A DNA stretch of 64,000 bases, taken from NCBI GenBank assembly GCA_963836075.1, contig CAWIIB010000001.1, forward strand, positions 320,001 through 384,000, given 5' to 3'. The notes under the pieces are model-generated. The model had not been told where the DNA came from and searched no databases. It saw nothing but the letters and a program-made list of their open reading frames with translations. Below, piece by piece: positions 48,474-60,156 of this stretch (position 1 is the stretch's first letter; each line of letters begins with the position of its first letter). The DNA comes from an uncultured Acidobacteriota bacterium (lineage in GTDB: Bacteria; Acidobacteriota; JAQAZP01). The translations under genes and the position numbers were made by a program.

Positions 48474-49616
48474 CTATCCGTTGTCGTCTCCAGCGGCCTG
48501 CGCCTTCTCGGCCCGGACCTCTGCGCCCTTTTTCGCTTTGCGGGCGATGAGCCAGCTGAGGAAACTGCTGTCGTTGACCCCGGCCACCACATCCCGCATG
48601 CCCTCGTAGACCGAGGGGTCTTCGATCAACAGCCCCAGGGTCCCCTCCCCGCGGTCGATTTTTTCCAGGATCGAGGCCAGCGACACGGTGATGGAGTCGA
48701 GGTTGGCCAGCACCCGGTCAGCGTATTCCTCGTCGTGGAGCAGCCGCGGAGCCAGACCCTGGCCCGACTCCAGTTGCCGCGCCGTGCGCTCCAGCGAGCG
48801 GGAAGCGGAGACCAGGTTGTCCACCAGCTCCGTCCCCTCGGGCCGGTCGGCCAGCAGCGCACCGGCCACCCCATCCCCGTCCTCCAGCCGCGACATCAGC
48901 CGGTTCAGACTGCTCACCGTCTGTTGGAGCTCCCGGGTGACCTGTTCACCGTACTCCCCGTCGTGAATCAGCCGCCCGGCCAGCCCGTCACCGCTTTCCA
49001 GCTGGGCCAGCAACAGTTCCAGCCGGCCGGTGAAATCGTCGAAGCGCTGCAGCAATCCCTGGGAGAACTGCTCGTCGGAGAGCAGCTTGCCCAGCAGGGT
49101 CTCGCCCTCGTTGATCCCCTGGAGCAGCACCACCGTCTCATTGAGGATGGTGGCCAGCTGCTCGGCCACCATCTCGCCAGTCCCGGCGATCTGCTCCAGG
49201 TTGACCCCCTCGCGCACCGGAATCTCGGCACCCGGCTGCAGTGCTTCGGTGTCCCGGCCCAGGGACAGTTCGATGTATTTCTCGCCGGAGAGGATGCTCA
49301 GGCTCCGCGCCGTGGCCACCGTGTCCCGCCGGATACGGTTGGCCAGCTCGCTGCGCACGCTGATGGTGACCATGATGTAGCTGGCCACCGGGTCGTCGGA
49401 GAAACGGATCGACCGTACCCGTCCTGCTTCCAGGCCGCCCAGCTTCACCGGCGCCTGCTCGTTGAGGTTGACGATGGTGGGGAAACGGAGCTCGTATTCC
49501 ACGGTCCGGGCGAAGAAGCCCTCCCGGCTGCCCAGCATCAGCACCGCGGCCATGAAGAGCACCACGATCACCGAGACCACGGCACCCACACGAAGATTTT
49601 GTTCCCTCTCACCCAT
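48474..49616 (-). CDS. mlaD: MlaD/MCE-family protein with a long helical C-terminal region
   Basis: N-terminal TM anchor, L...APVKLGG..AG.V, ILSGEKYIEL and repeated G.GLAG.L..D helical units. Confidence 0.85.
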   Translation of the reverse strand: MGEREQNLRVGAVVSVIVVLFMAAVLMLGSREGFFARTVEYELRFPTIVNLNEQAPVKLGGLEAGRVRSIRFSDDPVASYIMVTISVRSELANRIRRDTVATARSLSILSGEKYIELSLGRDTEALQPGAEIPVREGVNLEQIAGTGEMVAEQLATILNETVVLLQGINEGETLLGKLLSDEQFSQGLLQRFDDFTGRLELLLAQLESGDGLAGRLIHDGEYGEQVTRELQQTVSSLNRLMSRLEDGDGVAGALLADRPEGTELVDNLVSASRSLERTARQLESGQGLAPRLLHDEEYADRVLANLDSITVSLASILEKIDRGEGTLGLLIEDPSVYEGMRDVVAGVNDSSFLSWLIARKAKKGAEVRAEKAQAAGDDNG

Positions 49617-49622
49617 GGTCGG

Positions 49623-50366
49623 TCACATCTCCCTGGCCTGCAGAAATTCATGCAGCGGCCCCGGCGGTTCCGCCCGGGCCTCGTCCATGGTCCCGACGAA
49701 ATCAATGACTCCCTCGTGGAGCCAGGCTATTCTATCACCCACCAGCGCCGCGCTGTCGATGTCGTGGGTCACCACCACCGAGGTGATTCCCAGCCGGCTC
49801 TGCAACCCGCGGATCAGCCGGTTGATCCAACCGGCCACAACCGGATCGAGACCGGCGGTGGGTTCGTCATAGAGGATAACTTCCGGCTCCAGGGCCACGG
49901 CCCGGGCCAGGGCCACCCGCTTCTTCATGCCACCGCTCAGCTGGGCCGGCAAGAGGTCCACGGCGCTTTCCAGGTTGACCATGGAGAGGCACTGGTCCAC
50001 CCGCCGGCCGATGGCCTCCTCGTCCATGGCGGTGTGCTCCCGCAGCGCGAAGGCCACATTATCGCTCACCGTCATGGAATCGAAGAGCGCCCCGCCCTGA
50101 AAGACCATGGACACCTTCCTGCGCACCTGGCGCAGTTTCTCCTCGGACAGTCCGCTGATCTCCTGCCCCACCGCCCGGATCATCCCCCGGTCGGGCCGCA
50201 GCAGTCCCACTGCCAGCTTGAGGATCACGCTCTTGCCCGAACCGCTTGGTCCCAGCACCACCAGGGTTTCACCGGCACGCACATCCAGGGAGAGGCCGCG
50301 CAGCACACGGTTTTCGCCAAAGGCCTTGTACACGTCCTCGAAGGCCAGGATCGGTTGTTCGGTCAT
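49623..50366 (-). CDS. mlaF: MlaF-type ABC ATPase
   Basis: GPSGSGKS, FQGGALFDS, LSGGMKKR, YDEPTAGLDP and VTHD. Confidence 0.9.
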   Translation of the reverse strand: MTEQPILAFEDVYKAFGENRVLRGLSLDVRAGETLVVLGPSGSGKSVILKLAVGLLRPDRGMIRAVGQEISGLSEEKLRQVRRKVSMVFQGGALFDSMTVSDNVAFALREHTAMDEEAIGRRVDQCLSMVNLESAVDLLPAQLSGGMKKRVALARAVALEPEVILYDEPTAGLDPVVAGWINRLIRGLQSRLGITSVVVTHDIDSAALVGDRIAWLHEGVIDFVGTMDEARAEPPGPLHEFLQAREM

Positions 50367-50382
50367 CCGCTGTACCCACAGG

Positions 50383-51168
50383 TCAGAACATGATGAACAG
50401 CTTGGTCAGGAAAAAATTGGCCACCAGTATTGAGATCGAGGCCGCCACCACGGTGTTGGTGGTCATGCGCCCCACCCCGTCGGCCCCACCGCTCACCGAC
50501 AGCCCGTTGTAACAGCCGATGAAAGAGATAAAAAAGGCGAAAAAAAGTGATTTCCCGATCCCGCTGAACACATCGTGAAGACTCACCGCCTCCAGCACGT
50601 GCTCGAAATAGAAATTGGCGCTGATCCCCATCTCGGTGACCGCGATGAACAGGCCGCCGAGAATTCCCAGCAGGTCGGCAAGGATGGTCAGCAAGGGCAG
50701 CATGATTATCGTCGCCACCACCCGGGGCAACACCAGCCGGTGCACCGGGCTGGCCCCGAGGGCGCGCAGGGCGTCGACCTGCTCGGTGACCTTCATCGTC
50801 CCGATTTCGGCAGTGATTCCAGCGCCCACCCGGCCGCCCACCATCAACGCCGTGAGCACCGGGCCCAGCTCGCGAACCAGGGAAAGAGCCACCGCCTCGC
50901 CGATGAAATACTTCACCCCCAGCCGCCCGAGGGTGTAGTAGGTCTGAACCGCCATCACCATCCCGGTAAAAATGGCGGTAATATTGACGATGGACAGCGA
51001 TTTGACCCCCAGCTGGTCCAGCTGCACCAGCAGGAGCCGCCAGGGGAAACGGCGGGTGAACAGTGTCCGCAGCGTCTCCTCCAGCAGGCTGGTGAACGCA
51101 CCGATGTGCCGAATCAGCCGCACCGGCCCTGTACCCTGAACATCCTGCTGCCGCACTCCGCTCCTCAC
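50383..51168 (-). CDS. mlaE: MlaE-type ABC permease
   Basis: RELGPVLTAL...GRVG, EIGTM.VTEQ.DAL, PRV and GADGVG..TT..VV. Confidence 0.9.
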   Translation of the reverse strand: MRSGVRQQDVQGTGPVRLIRHIGAFTSLLEETLRTLFTRRFPWRLLLVQLDQLGVKSLSIVNITAIFTGMVMAVQTYYTLGRLGVKYFIGEAVALSLVRELGPVLTALMVGGRVGAGITAEIGTMKVTEQVDALRALGASPVHRLVLPRVVATIIMLPLLTILADLLGILGGLFIAVTEMGISANFYFEHVLEAVSLHDVFSGIGKSLFFAFFISFIGCYNGLSVSGGADGVGRMTTNTVVAASISILVANFFLTKLFIMF

Positions 51169-51305
51169 TGATGCGCCGCGCCGGCGGTGGTGCGGCTGGT
51201 GCTCCCGTTGTTCGATGATATCGGTTCGCCGATCAGGAAATCAAACCGGTCGTTCCATTTCCGTGCGGTGCGTGATGGCCGGCGCCATGCCCTGACCCGA
51301 AAATC

Positions 51306-51335
51306 TTGACAAAAACCGGCCCCGATGCTAACAAT
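51306..51335 (+). promoter_or_regulatory. Putative promoter for ileS
   Basis: Perfect TTGACA; the -10 region is imperfect (TGCTAACAAT). Confidence 0.4.
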
Positions 51336-51438
51336 ACCGCTTCCCCGGGGCCTTTCCGTCTCCAGTGATCCGGATCCCGTCCGTGCCCCGCACCGCTGGG
51401 TGACCGCGCCTCAAAATTCTGTCTCAAGGACGACGAAC

Positions 51439-54255
51439 ATGAGCAGCTCGAGCAAGAAGCTGAAAGAAACGCTGAATCTGCCCAACACCGCCTTCCCGAT
51501 GAAGGCCAACCTCCCCATGCGTGAGCCGGCGCTGATCGCCCGCTGGGAAGAGCAGGACCTCTACCGCGCCATCCGGGAGGCGCGCAGGGGTGAGCCCACC
51601 TTCGTGCTTCACGACGGCCCCCCCTACGCCAACGGCAACATCCACACCGGGACGGCGCTGAACAAGGTGCTCAAGGACATCGTGGTCAAATACAAGACCA
51701 TGAGCGGTTTCGATGCCGCCTACCGTCCCGGGTGGGACTGCCACGGCCTGCCCATCGAGCTGCAGGTGGACAAGCTGGTCAAGGACCGGGAGGAACCGCT
51801 GCCCCTGTACAAGTTTCGCCGAAAATGCCGCGACTACGCCGAGAAGCATGTCAAAATCCAGCGCAAGAGCTTCCGCCGGCTGGGCATCCTCGGTGAGTGG
51901 GACGATCCGTATCTGACCATGAGTTACGGGTACCAGGCTGAAATCGTCAGGCGCCTGGGCAAATTCTTCGAGAAGGGCGCGGTATATCGCGGCCTGAAGC
52001 CGGTCTACTGGTGCGCCGACTGCCGCACCGCCCTGGCCGAGGCGGAGGTGGAATACCACGACCACACATCGCACTCGATCTACGTCAAGTTCCCCCTGGA
52101 TGGCGATCCGGCCGATCTCGACCCGGCGCTGGCCGGCCGCTCGGTATCGGTGGTGATCTGGACCACCACCCCCTGGACCCTGCCGGCCAACCTGGCCATC
52201 GCCGTGCACCCTGATTTCGAGTACGTGGCGGTGGAAACCGGTGGCCACGTGCTGATCGTGGCCCGCGAGCGGCTCTCCGCCACCCTCGAAGCCTGCGGGC
52301 TCCCGGCAGCGGCTGAACTGGTGTCGTTCAAGGGTTCGCAGCTGGAGAACTTCCGCTGCCGCCACCCCTTTATCGACCGCGAATCGGTGATTCTCACCGC
52401 CAGGTATGTCACCCTGGACCAGGGCACCGGCTGCGTGCACACCGCGCCGGGGCACGGCCAGGACGACTACGTGCTCGGCTCGCAGCACGGCCTGGAGATC
52501 CTGGCCCCGGTTGACGATGCCGGCCGCTTCACCAGCCGGGTGCCCCAGTTCGAGGGCCTTCAGGTTTTCGAGGCCAACCCGGGAATCGTCGACTTGCTCC
52601 GCGAGAAGGGCATGCTCCTCTCCGTCGCCGATTTCGAGCACTCCTACCCGCACTGCTGGCGCTGCAAGGAGCCGATCGTCTTCCGCGCCACCGAACAGTG
52701 GTTTATCTCCATGTCCGATACCGGCCTGCGGCAGCGGGCCGAGGAGGCGGTGGAGAAGGTGACCTGGATTCCCGGCTGGGGACGGGACCGGATCCTGGGC
52801 ATGATCAGCAACCGGCCCGACTGGTGCATCTCCCGGCAGCGGCAGTGGGGCGTGCCGGTGGCCGTGATCTACTGCGAGGACTGCGACCACGTTTTCAGCG
52901 ACGAGGCGCACTTTGACCGGGTGTGCGACATCTTCAGCCGTGAGGGCGCCGACTCCTGGTTCAAGCTGGACGCCGCAGATTTCCTGCCCGAGGACGGCAA
53001 GCAGTGTCCGGGTTGCGGCGGCACCCGCTTGCGCAAGGAAAACGACATCCTCGATGTCTGGTTCGACTCCAGCTCGAGCCACGCGGCCGTCCTGGGCCAC
53101 CGGGAGGACCTCCCCTGGCCCTCCGACCTCTACCTCGAGGGAAGTGACCAGCACCGCGGGTGGTTCCAGCACTCGCTGCTGGTGGGCCTGGAAACCTGCG
53201 GCGCACCGCCCTTCCGCCAGGTGCTGACCCACGGCTTCGTGGTGGACGGCGAAGGGAAGAAACTCTCCAAGTCGCTGGGCAACGCGGTGGACCCGCAGGA
53301 AATCTTCGACAGCCGCGGGGCCGAGATCGTGCGGGTCTGGGTTTCCATGTCCAACTACCAGGAGGATGTGAAAATTTCCGGGGAGATCCTGCAAAGCGCC
53401 TCCGAGGCCTATGTCAAGGTGCGCAACACCTGCCGTTTCCTGCTGGGCAACCTCGCGGACTACCAGCCGGACGGGGCGCTGCCCGACCTGGAACAGGGGG
53501 CCCTGGAACCACTGGACCGCTGGATCCTGGGCCAGACCTCGAAGATGACCGAAAAGCTGCTCCAGGCCTACGAGCGCTATGAGCTGCACACGGTCTACCA
53601 CTCAATCTACCATTTCTGTGCGGTGGAACTTTCGGCGATCTATCTCGACATCATCAAGGACCGTCTCTACGTGGAATCCCCGCAGTCGGTATCCCGGCTG
53701 GCGGCCCAGCACACGCTGCACACGGTGCTCAACTGCCTGGTGCGGCTGATGGCCCCGATCTTCTGCTTCACCGCCGAAGAGATCTGGGAACACATGCCCC
53801 GGTGGGAGGGCAAGGAGCCGAGCGTCCACCTGGCCCGGTTCATCCTGTCCGGCGATCTGCCGCAGGACGCTGAACTGGAGGAACGCTTCCACGGCCTGCT
53901 GCAGGTGCGGGGGGAGGTGCTCTCCGTGCTGGAAACGGCAAGGCGGGACAAGGTGATCGGCAACTCCCTCCAGGCTCGCCTGGAACTGCATGCCGGCGGC
54001 CCGCTGTTGGAACTGCTGCAGCTGGAACAGGACCGCCTGGCAGATTTTTTCATCGTTTCCGCGGTGACCGTTTCCGGCACCCCGGGAGGGGCCGTGGTCT
54101 CGGAGAAAGTGGACGGCCTGGGCATCACCGTGCTGCCGGCCTCCGGTGACAAGTGTCCCCGCTGCTGGCACGTCACCGAAGACCTGGGGCAGTGCGCCGA
54201 CCAACCCGAGGTGTGTGGGCGCTGCGCCGGCATCCTCAGCTCTCTCGGTATCTGA
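51439..54255 (+). CDS. ileS: Isoleucyl-tRNA synthetase (type 1)
   Basis: [61 protein letters not shown] and a C-terminal zinc finger KCPRCW. Confidence 0.98.
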   Translation: MSSSSKKLKETLNLPNTAFPMKANLPMREPALIARWEEQDLYRAIREARRGEPTFVLHDGPPYANGNIHTGTALNKVLKDIVVKYKTMSGFDAAYRPGWDCHGLPIELQVDKLVKDREEPLPLYKFRRKCRDYAEKHVKIQRKSFRRLGILGEWDDPYLTMSYGYQAEIVRRLGKFFEKGAVYRGLKPVYWCADCRTALAEAEVEYHDHTSHSIYVKFPLDGDPADLDPALAGRSVSVVIWTTTPWTLPANLAIAVHPDFEYVAVETGGHVLIVARERLSATLEACGLPAAAELVSFKGSQLENFRCRHPFIDRESVILTARYVTLDQGTGCVHTAPGHGQDDYVLGSQHGLEILAPVDDAGRFTSRVPQFEGLQVFEANPGIVDLLREKGMLLSVADFEHSYPHCWRCKEPIVFRATEQWFISMSDTGLRQRAEEAVEKVTWIPGWGRDRILGMISNRPDWCISRQRQWGVPVAVIYCEDCDHVFSDEAHFDRVCDIFSREGADSWFKLDAADFLPEDGKQCPGCGGTRLRKENDILDVWFDSSSSHAAVLGHREDLPWPSDLYLEGSDQHRGWFQHSLLVGLETCGAPPFRQVLTHGFVVDGEGKKLSKSLGNAVDPQEIFDSRGAEIVRVWVSMSNYQEDVKISGEILQSASEAYVKVRNTCRFLLGNLADYQPDGALPDLEQGALEPLDRWILGQTSKMTEKLLQAYERYELHTVYHSIYHFCAVELSAIYLDIIKDRLYVESPQSVSRLAAQHTLHTVLNCLVRLMAPIFCFTAEEIWEHMPRWEGKEPSVHLARFILSGDLPQDAELEERFHGLLQVRGEVLSVLETARRDKVIGNSLQARLELHAGGPLLELLQLEQDRLADFFIVSAVTVSGTPGGAVVSEKVDGLGITVLPASGDKCPRCWHVTEDLGQCADQPEVCGRCAGILSSLGI

Positions 54256-54261
54256 GCGCAG

Positions 54262-54759
54262 ATGAACCTTCGACTCTACCAGGCCGGTCTGGTCCTGCTG
54301 GTGGTACTGGCCGACCAGCTGACAAAAATGCTGGCCGCGGCCTCGCTCAGCCTCCACCAGTCGAAAATGGTCATCCCCGGCCTGTTCAATCTCACCCTGG
54401 TGCACAACAACGGCATGGCCTTCGGAATCATGGCCGGAGCCCCCTCCGCTCTGCGCTCGGGGCTGCTCACCGCGCTCTCCGCTGCCGCCCTGCTGCTGAT
54501 CATCTACTACTGCGCCAGCATCCCGCGGTCCCGGCTCTGGCTGCAGTTCGGGTTGAGCCTGATCATGGGCGGCGCCCTGGGCAACATCATCGACCGGCTG
54601 CGGTTGCAACACGTGGTGGATTTCCTCGATTTCCACTGGCAGGGCCACAGCTGGCCGGCGTTCAACCTGGCGGACAGCTGTATCTCCATCGGCATGGCGA
54701 TGCTGGTTCTCGATTTCCTCCTCGGCTTCAGAAAGCGGGGTCAGGCCCTAACCGGTTAG
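54262..54759 (+). CDS. lspA: Lipoprotein signal peptidase II
   Basis: DQLTK, N.GMAFG, GGALGNIIDR, VVDF and FNLAD. Confidence 0.96.
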   Translation: MNLRLYQAGLVLLVVLADQLTKMLAAASLSLHQSKMVIPGLFNLTLVHNNGMAFGIMAGAPSALRSGLLTALSAAALLLIIYYCASIPRSRLWLQFGLSLIMGGALGNIIDRLRLQHVVDFLDFHWQGHSWPAFNLADSCISIGMAMLVLDFLLGFRKRGQALTG

Positions 54760-54790
54760 CAACCGGTCCGGCCGGAGGGTTCACGTCCGG

Positions 54791-55567
54791 ATGCATCCCA
54801 TACTCGTCGACCTCGGCTTCGCCACCATCGGCACCTACGGATTTGCCCTGGTGCTGGCCTACCTCTCCGCCATCTGGCTCGGAGTGCACCGGGCCAAAAA
54901 GGAAGGTATACCCCCGGGGCAGATCCTGGACCTCTCGGTCTGGTTGCTGGTGGGAGCCATCATCGGGGCCAAACTGCTGCTGGTGATCGTCGACTGGCGG
55001 CAGTATGCAGCCCAGCCCCGGCTGCTGCTGGGCATCGTCCGCCTCGGTGGTGTCTTCTACGGCGGCCTCATTCTGTCCGTGATCACCGGCCTGTGGTATA
55101 TGAGGAGAAAGGGACTCGATACCTGGCAGGTATGCGACATCCTTGCCCCTTCCATCGCCCTGGGCCAGGCCGTGGGCCGGGTGGGCTGCTTCATGGCCGG
55201 CTGCTGCTACGGCAAGGTCTGCCATTTGCCCTGGGCGGTGACCTTCACCGACCCGGTGGCCCACGACAACGTGGGGGTGCCGCTGCACACACCGCTCCAC
55301 CCGACCCAGATCTACAGCTCGCTCAGCGCCCTGGCCATCTTCGCACTGCTGCTCTGGATCTCCCGGCACAAACGGTTCCCCGGCCAGGTCTTCTGGAGCT
55401 ACGTCGCCATCTATTCGGTTTCCCGGGCCCTGATTGAATTCCTGCGCGGCGACCACCGGGGCTCCCTCTTCAACGGGACTGTCTCCACCTCACAGTTTGT
55501 CAGCCTGCTGCTCTTCCTCACCGCGGTGACCGCATATACCCTGTTGAGGAAACGGGCGGATCGCTGA
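54791..55567 (+). CDS. lgt: Prolipoprotein diacylglyceryl transferase
   Basis: YG, GVFYGG, GRVGCF.AGCC.G, HPTQIY and R.LIEFLR. Confidence 0.93.
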   Translation: MHPILVDLGFATIGTYGFALVLAYLSAIWLGVHRAKKEGIPPGQILDLSVWLLVGAIIGAKLLLVIVDWRQYAAQPRLLLGIVRLGGVFYGGLILSVITGLWYMRRKGLDTWQVCDILAPSIALGQAVGRVGCFMAGCCYGKVCHLPWAVTFTDPVAHDNVGVPLHTPLHPTQIYSSLSALAIFALLLWISRHKRFPGQVFWSYVAIYSVSRALIEFLRGDHRGSLFNGTVSTSQFVSLLLFLTAVTAYTLLRKRADR

Positions 55568-56544
55568 TGCAGATCACCGCTTCCAGCGAGGAGATCACCC
55601 GCCTCTCCCCCGATGGTGAAGTGCGGCTGGACCGCTTCCTCAGCAACAGACCCGGAGAAGGCAGCCGGCAGCAGTATGCCCGGGCCATCAAGGATGGCCT
55701 GGTGCAGCTGAACGGCCGAAAATCCAAGCCCTCCAGTATGGTACGGCCGGGCGACCGGATTGATCTTCCGCGGGTCTGTTTTCACGCGGAGTCCCCGGAA
55801 GTTTCTCCCGGCGCCGAACCATTGCCCCTGGAGATAATCCATCGGGACAAGCAGTTGCTGGTGATCGACAAGGCGGCCGGGATGAGCGTTCATCCCGGCG
55901 CGGGTCGGTCCAGCGGCACCCTGGTCAATGCCCTGCTGCACCACTTCCCCGGTATCGAAGGCGTTGGCACCTCGGGCCGACCCGGTATAGTCCACCGGCT
56001 GGACAAGGACACCTCGGGCCTGATCCTGGTGGCCCTCGACCCGAAAACCCACCGGGCCCTGTCCAGGCTCTTCCTCACCAGGGAAATCTCCAAGGAGTAC
56101 CTGGCCCTGGTCTGGGGCTGCCCTACCCCGGAACAGGGTATCATCGAGGCTTCCATTGGCCGCAGCCCCTCGGACCGGAAGAAGATGTCGGTGCTCAGTG
56201 CGGGGGGACGAGAAGCCACCACCCGCTACCGCGTGATTGTGCGGGCGGGCGCCTTTGCCCTTCTCTCCTGCGAGCTGCTCACCGGCAGGACCCACCAGAT
56301 CCGGGTCCACCTGGCCCACCGGGGCCACCCCATCGTTGGCGATCCGCTCTATGGCGGCCGCCGCTGGAAGAACATCCCCGACCCGGCCTTCCGCGCCCTG
56401 CTGCGCGCCTTCCCCCGTCAGGCCCTCCACGCCCACCGGCTGGCCTTCGTCCACCCGGCCCACGGCGCCGCCGTGGAATACCGATCTCCTCTCCCCGACG
56501 ATATCCGGGAACTGCTGGACAGCATTTCGGGTGATGTGGACTGA
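55567..56544 (+). CDS. rluD: RluA/RluD family pseudouridine synthase
   Basis: S4 domain RLDRFL, GIVHRLDKDTSG, TGRTHQIRVH, GDPLYG and QALHA. Confidence 0.9.
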   Translation: MQITASSEEITRLSPDGEVRLDRFLSNRPGEGSRQQYARAIKDGLVQLNGRKSKPSSMVRPGDRIDLPRVCFHAESPEVSPGAEPLPLEIIHRDKQLLVIDKAAGMSVHPGAGRSSGTLVNALLHHFPGIEGVGTSGRPGIVHRLDKDTSGLILVALDPKTHRALSRLFLTREISKEYLALVWGCPTPEQGIIEASIGRSPSDRKKMSVLSAGGREATTRYRVIVRAGAFALLSCELLTGRTHQIRVHLAHRGHPIVGDPLYGGRRWKNIPDPAFRALLRAFPRQALHAHRLAFVHPAHGAAVEYRSPLPDDIRELLDSISGDVD

Positions 56545-56695
56545 TCACTCCCGCTCCGGCGTCCATATCCGGTCAAATATTAGTAATTCCGCTATCCTGA
56601 CGGTGCAAACATTTACATTCCAATCCGCTTGTGATACATAGACTTTTATTGAAAAGTCCTTTTTCGACAGCACCGTTTACCGATTGGGAGGAGAT

Positions 56696-57403
56696 ATGCC
56701 TCAGGATTTCAGCGGGGATATCATCAGTCTGATTCTGCAGTCCGGCCCGATGGCAAAATTCGTCCTGCTCATCCTGCTGGTCTTTTCCGTGGTCTCCTGG
56801 GCCATTATGGTAGAAAAGCATTTCCTTATCAGGAAGGCCAGGCGGGAGTCGAGGGAATTCCTAACGGTTTTCCGTAAATCGAGCAAGTTTTCAGAGGTCA
56901 AGGCGATCTGCGACGACCTGAAGCACAGCCCGCTGGTGGGCCTCTTTCTCGCCGGATTCAATGAGCTGAATTTTCAGTTGCGGGCCAGCCTCAAGCACCA
57001 GGGCGGCGGCTCCGAAGACCCCCAGGGGCGGGCCACCATCCACAACATCGAAGGGATCAGCCGGGCCCTGCTGCGCGCCACGGCGGTGGAGATCAACAAG
57101 CTCGAGCGAACCCTCAACTTTCTGGCCACCACCGGGGCCATAACCCCTTTTATCGGGCTGTTCGGAACGGTCTGGGGCATCATGTCCTCGTTCCATATGA
57201 TCGGCCTCACCGGTTCGGCCAACCTGGCGGCGGTGGCCCCCGGCATCTCCGAGGCGCTGATCGCCACCGCCGCCGGGCTGGCCGCGGCCGTGCCGGCGGT
57301 TATCGGGTACAACTACTTCATCAACAAGATCCGGGTGGTGGATTCGGAAATGGAAGACTTCGCTTTGGAGTTCCTCAGTATTTCCGAACGGAACTTCACC
57401 TGA
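56696..57403 (+). CDS. tolQ: TolQ (MotA/ExbB family)
   Basis: PFIGLFGTVWGIM and VAPGISEALIATA; first gene of the tol-pal cluster. Confidence 0.93.
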   Translation: MPQDFSGDIISLILQSGPMAKFVLLILLVFSVVSWAIMVEKHFLIRKARRESREFLTVFRKSSKFSEVKAICDDLKHSPLVGLFLAGFNELNFQLRASLKHQGGGSEDPQGRATIHNIEGISRALLRATAVEINKLERTLNFLATTGAITPFIGLFGTVWGIMSSFHMIGLTGSANLAAVAPGISEALIATAAGLAAAVPAVIGYNYFINKIRVVDSEMEDFALEFLSISERNFT

Positions 57404-57428
57404 TCCGGCAGCAGGATTACCAGAGTCC

Positions 57429-57902
<474 letters not shown>

Positions 57903-57905
57903 CGG

Positions 57906-57938
57906 GAAAGGCCGCCCGTCCGCAGGCGGCGGCCTTTC
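57906..57938. other. Strong intergenic hairpin without a U tract (possible mRNA stability or processing element)
   Basis: 11-bp perfect arms GAAAGGCCGCC / GGCGGCCTTTC between tolR and the tolA-like gene. Confidence 0.55.
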
Positions 57939-57950
57939 GGGACCGGCACC

Positions 57951-58736
57951 ATGACCGATGAAATGAACAGCTTGCTGGAGAAACGGGCGGTGTCCAGCCG
58001 CGCCGGCCGTCCCCTTGCTCTCTTCTTCTCCGGCGCGGTTCACCTGGGTGCCGTTTTCTGGCTCTTCTTTCCCGCCCTTGGTGACGCTTCGGCCATCGAA
58101 GTGGTTTCCGCGCCGGGGTTCGTCCATGTGCGGATGGTCAGCGGCCCGCCGGAGGAGCAGGGGGAGACCCAGCCGGCGGTGGTGGTTGAGGCGCCCGTCC
58201 CGCCACCCGAGCCGGAGAGCGAACCCGCACCGCGCCTGGTGGAGACCATTCCGGAAAAGAAGCCGCCGGTGCAAAAACCGGTGGAAAAACCGAAGCCAAA
58301 ACCGCCGCCCGCCCGTCGCCCACCGGCGAAAACCGTGGAGACCGCAAAGGCGGCCACCAGGGCCGGCAGTGCCGCATCCTCGGGAAGCGTGGGCCTGGGC
58401 AGTGGCGCGGGGCAGGGCGGCCTGGTGGGGATGGACGGCCTGGATACCCGGTTCAGCTGGTATCTCGACCTGGTGGTCAAACGGATCAGCTCCGTCTGGC
58501 AGGAACCCTATCTCGACTCCAGGTTTGGCAAAACATACACGGTGACGGTATACTTCATCATCCACAGAAACGGATCGTTGAGCGATGTGCGAGTGGAGGA
58601 GACCAGCGGGGTCGATATGCTCGATCTCTCAGCGGTCCGTTCCATACGGGAAGCCGCTCCCCTCCCCCCACTGCCGCAGGATTTCAGAGGCGATCAACTT
58701 GGTGTCCATTTCTGGTTCGAATACAAGAGGGATTGA
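57951..58736 (+). CDS. TolA/TonB-family energy transducer
   Basis: TM helix with S...H, Pro/Lys-rich linker and TonB C-terminal domain (SG...LD.SA.R); occupies the tolA position. Confidence 0.85.
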   Translation: MTDEMNSLLEKRAVSSRAGRPLALFFSGAVHLGAVFWLFFPALGDASAIEVVSAPGFVHVRMVSGPPEEQGETQPAVVVEAPVPPPEPESEPAPRLVETIPEKKPPVQKPVEKPKPKPPPARRPPAKTVETAKAATRAGSAASSGSVGLGSGAGQGGLVGMDGLDTRFSWYLDLVVKRISSVWQEPYLDSRFGKTYTVTVYFIIHRNGSLSDVRVEETSGVDMLDLSAVRSIREAAPLPPLPQDFRGDQLGVHFWFEYKRD

Positions 58737-58737
58737 C

Positions 58738-60078
58738 GTGTTCTACTCTGCACCGGGAATCCGTCGCGGCCTGCTCCTGCCGCTGCTGCTGATCGCGGCG
58801 GCGCTGGTTTCGGGTTCTGCCGCGGGGCAGGACGAGGTGACCATCGGAACCTCGCGTCACGGGATCAGCCTGGTGGACCTGGCCCTGCCCAAACTCCTCA
58901 ACCCCGGCGCTGACCCGGCCCTCGGCCAGGTGATCGAGGAACTGCGCGAAGTGATCTGGAGCGACCTCGATTTCAGCGGGCTGTTCCAGATGGTGGACAA
59001 GCGGTTCTACGGCTACATCCCGCCATACAACCTGCAGCGGCCGGTGTACGAGGACTGGGAAGGAATCGGCGCCCAGGCCTTCCTGCTGGGTTCGCTTCGG
59101 TTGGCTGGCCGTGAACAGGGCCGGACGATCTACTCGGCCGACATCATTCTCTACGATGTGAAATCCCGGCAGCGGATGCTGGGGAAGAAATACGACAGCT
59201 CGCGGCCGCTGCTCCTGGCCCACACCATCGCCGACGAGATCATCCGCCACTACACCGGCACCGCCGGCATCGGGTCGAGCAAAATCGCCTTCATCTCCGA
59301 TCGTGACGGCAACAAGGAGCTGTACGTGATGGACTGGGACGGCCGGCGCCAGGTGCGGCTCACCGCCAATCGCAGCCTGGACCTCTCCCCGTCATGGGAA
59401 CCGGACGGCAAACGGATCGCCTACGTCTCGTACAAACGCGGCAGCCCGGAGATCTTTGTCATGGATGCCTATGCCGGTCAGGAGGTCGTCTTCGCCGGCG
59501 GCCGCGGGGCTTCCTTCTTCTCTCCGGAATGGACGCCGGACGGGCGGAGCATCGTCTTCAACTCCAGCCTCGACGGGGAGAGCGAGCTCTACATCCGCTC
59601 CGGGGCCGGTGAAGAGATGCGGCGTCTGACCTTCAGCCGGGGGATCGATACGTCGCCGTCCTTCTCTCCCGACGGCCGGCGGCTGGCCTTCAACTCCAGC
59701 CGCGCCGGAACGCCGCAGATTTACATCATGGACGCCGACGGCCTCAATGTCGAACGGGTGTCCTTCGGTGAGATGCTCGGCCGCTACAACAGCTGTCCGG
59801 CCTGGTCCCCGGACGGCTCGCGGGTGGCTTTCTGTTCCCGCAAAAATGGGTTTTTTCACGTGTTTACCATTGACGTGGCCGACGGCCGTCTCAGACGCCT
59901 GACCAGCGGCCCGTCAAACAACGAGGAACCAAGCTGGTCCCCTGACGGTCGGCACATCGCCTTCACCTCCGACCGTGGAGGGGCAAAGCAGATTTTCATT
60001 ATGAATGCCGATGGCGCCCGGCAGCGGGCGGTGACCTCCACGGGAACGAACGCGTCACCGTCATGGTCTGGTCGCTGA
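58738..60078 (+). CDS. tolB: TolB beta-propeller protein
   Basis: Signal peptide, DL.FSG.F, AH.IAD.I and PD40 repeats P.WSPDG. Confidence 0.92.
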   Translation: MFYSAPGIRRGLLLPLLLIAAALVSGSAAGQDEVTIGTSRHGISLVDLALPKLLNPGADPALGQVIEELREVIWSDLDFSGLFQMVDKRFYGYIPPYNLQRPVYEDWEGIGAQAFLLGSLRLAGREQGRTIYSADIILYDVKSRQRMLGKKYDSSRPLLLAHTIADEIIRHYTGTAGIGSSKIAFISDRDGNKELYVMDWDGRRQVRLTANRSLDLSPSWEPDGKRIAYVSYKRGSPEIFVMDAYAGQEVVFAGGRGASFFSPEWTPDGRSIVFNSSLDGESELYIRSGAGEEMRRLTFSRGIDTSPSFSPDGRRLAFNSSRAGTPQIYIMDADGLNVERVSFGEMLGRYNSCPAWSPDGSRVAFCSRKNGFFHVFTIDVADGRLRRLTSGPSNNEEPSWSPDGRHIAFTSDRGGAKQIFIMNADGARQRAVTSTGTNASPSWSGR

Positions 60079-60156
60079 GTGTCCTGCCGACGGCAGGTCA
60101 CTCGTCCGAGAACAAGGTCAACAATGTCCGTTTATTTTAAGGAGGTACGCGCAACC

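Noticed and set aside
51336-51438. T-box riboswitch upstream of ileS
   Set aside because: The leader is only about 100 nt, with no recognisable T-box motif, specifier stem or terminator.
55040-55070. Lgt with FYGG instead of FHGG
   Set aside because: This is a common variant in many Lgt homologues and is not evidence of inactivity.
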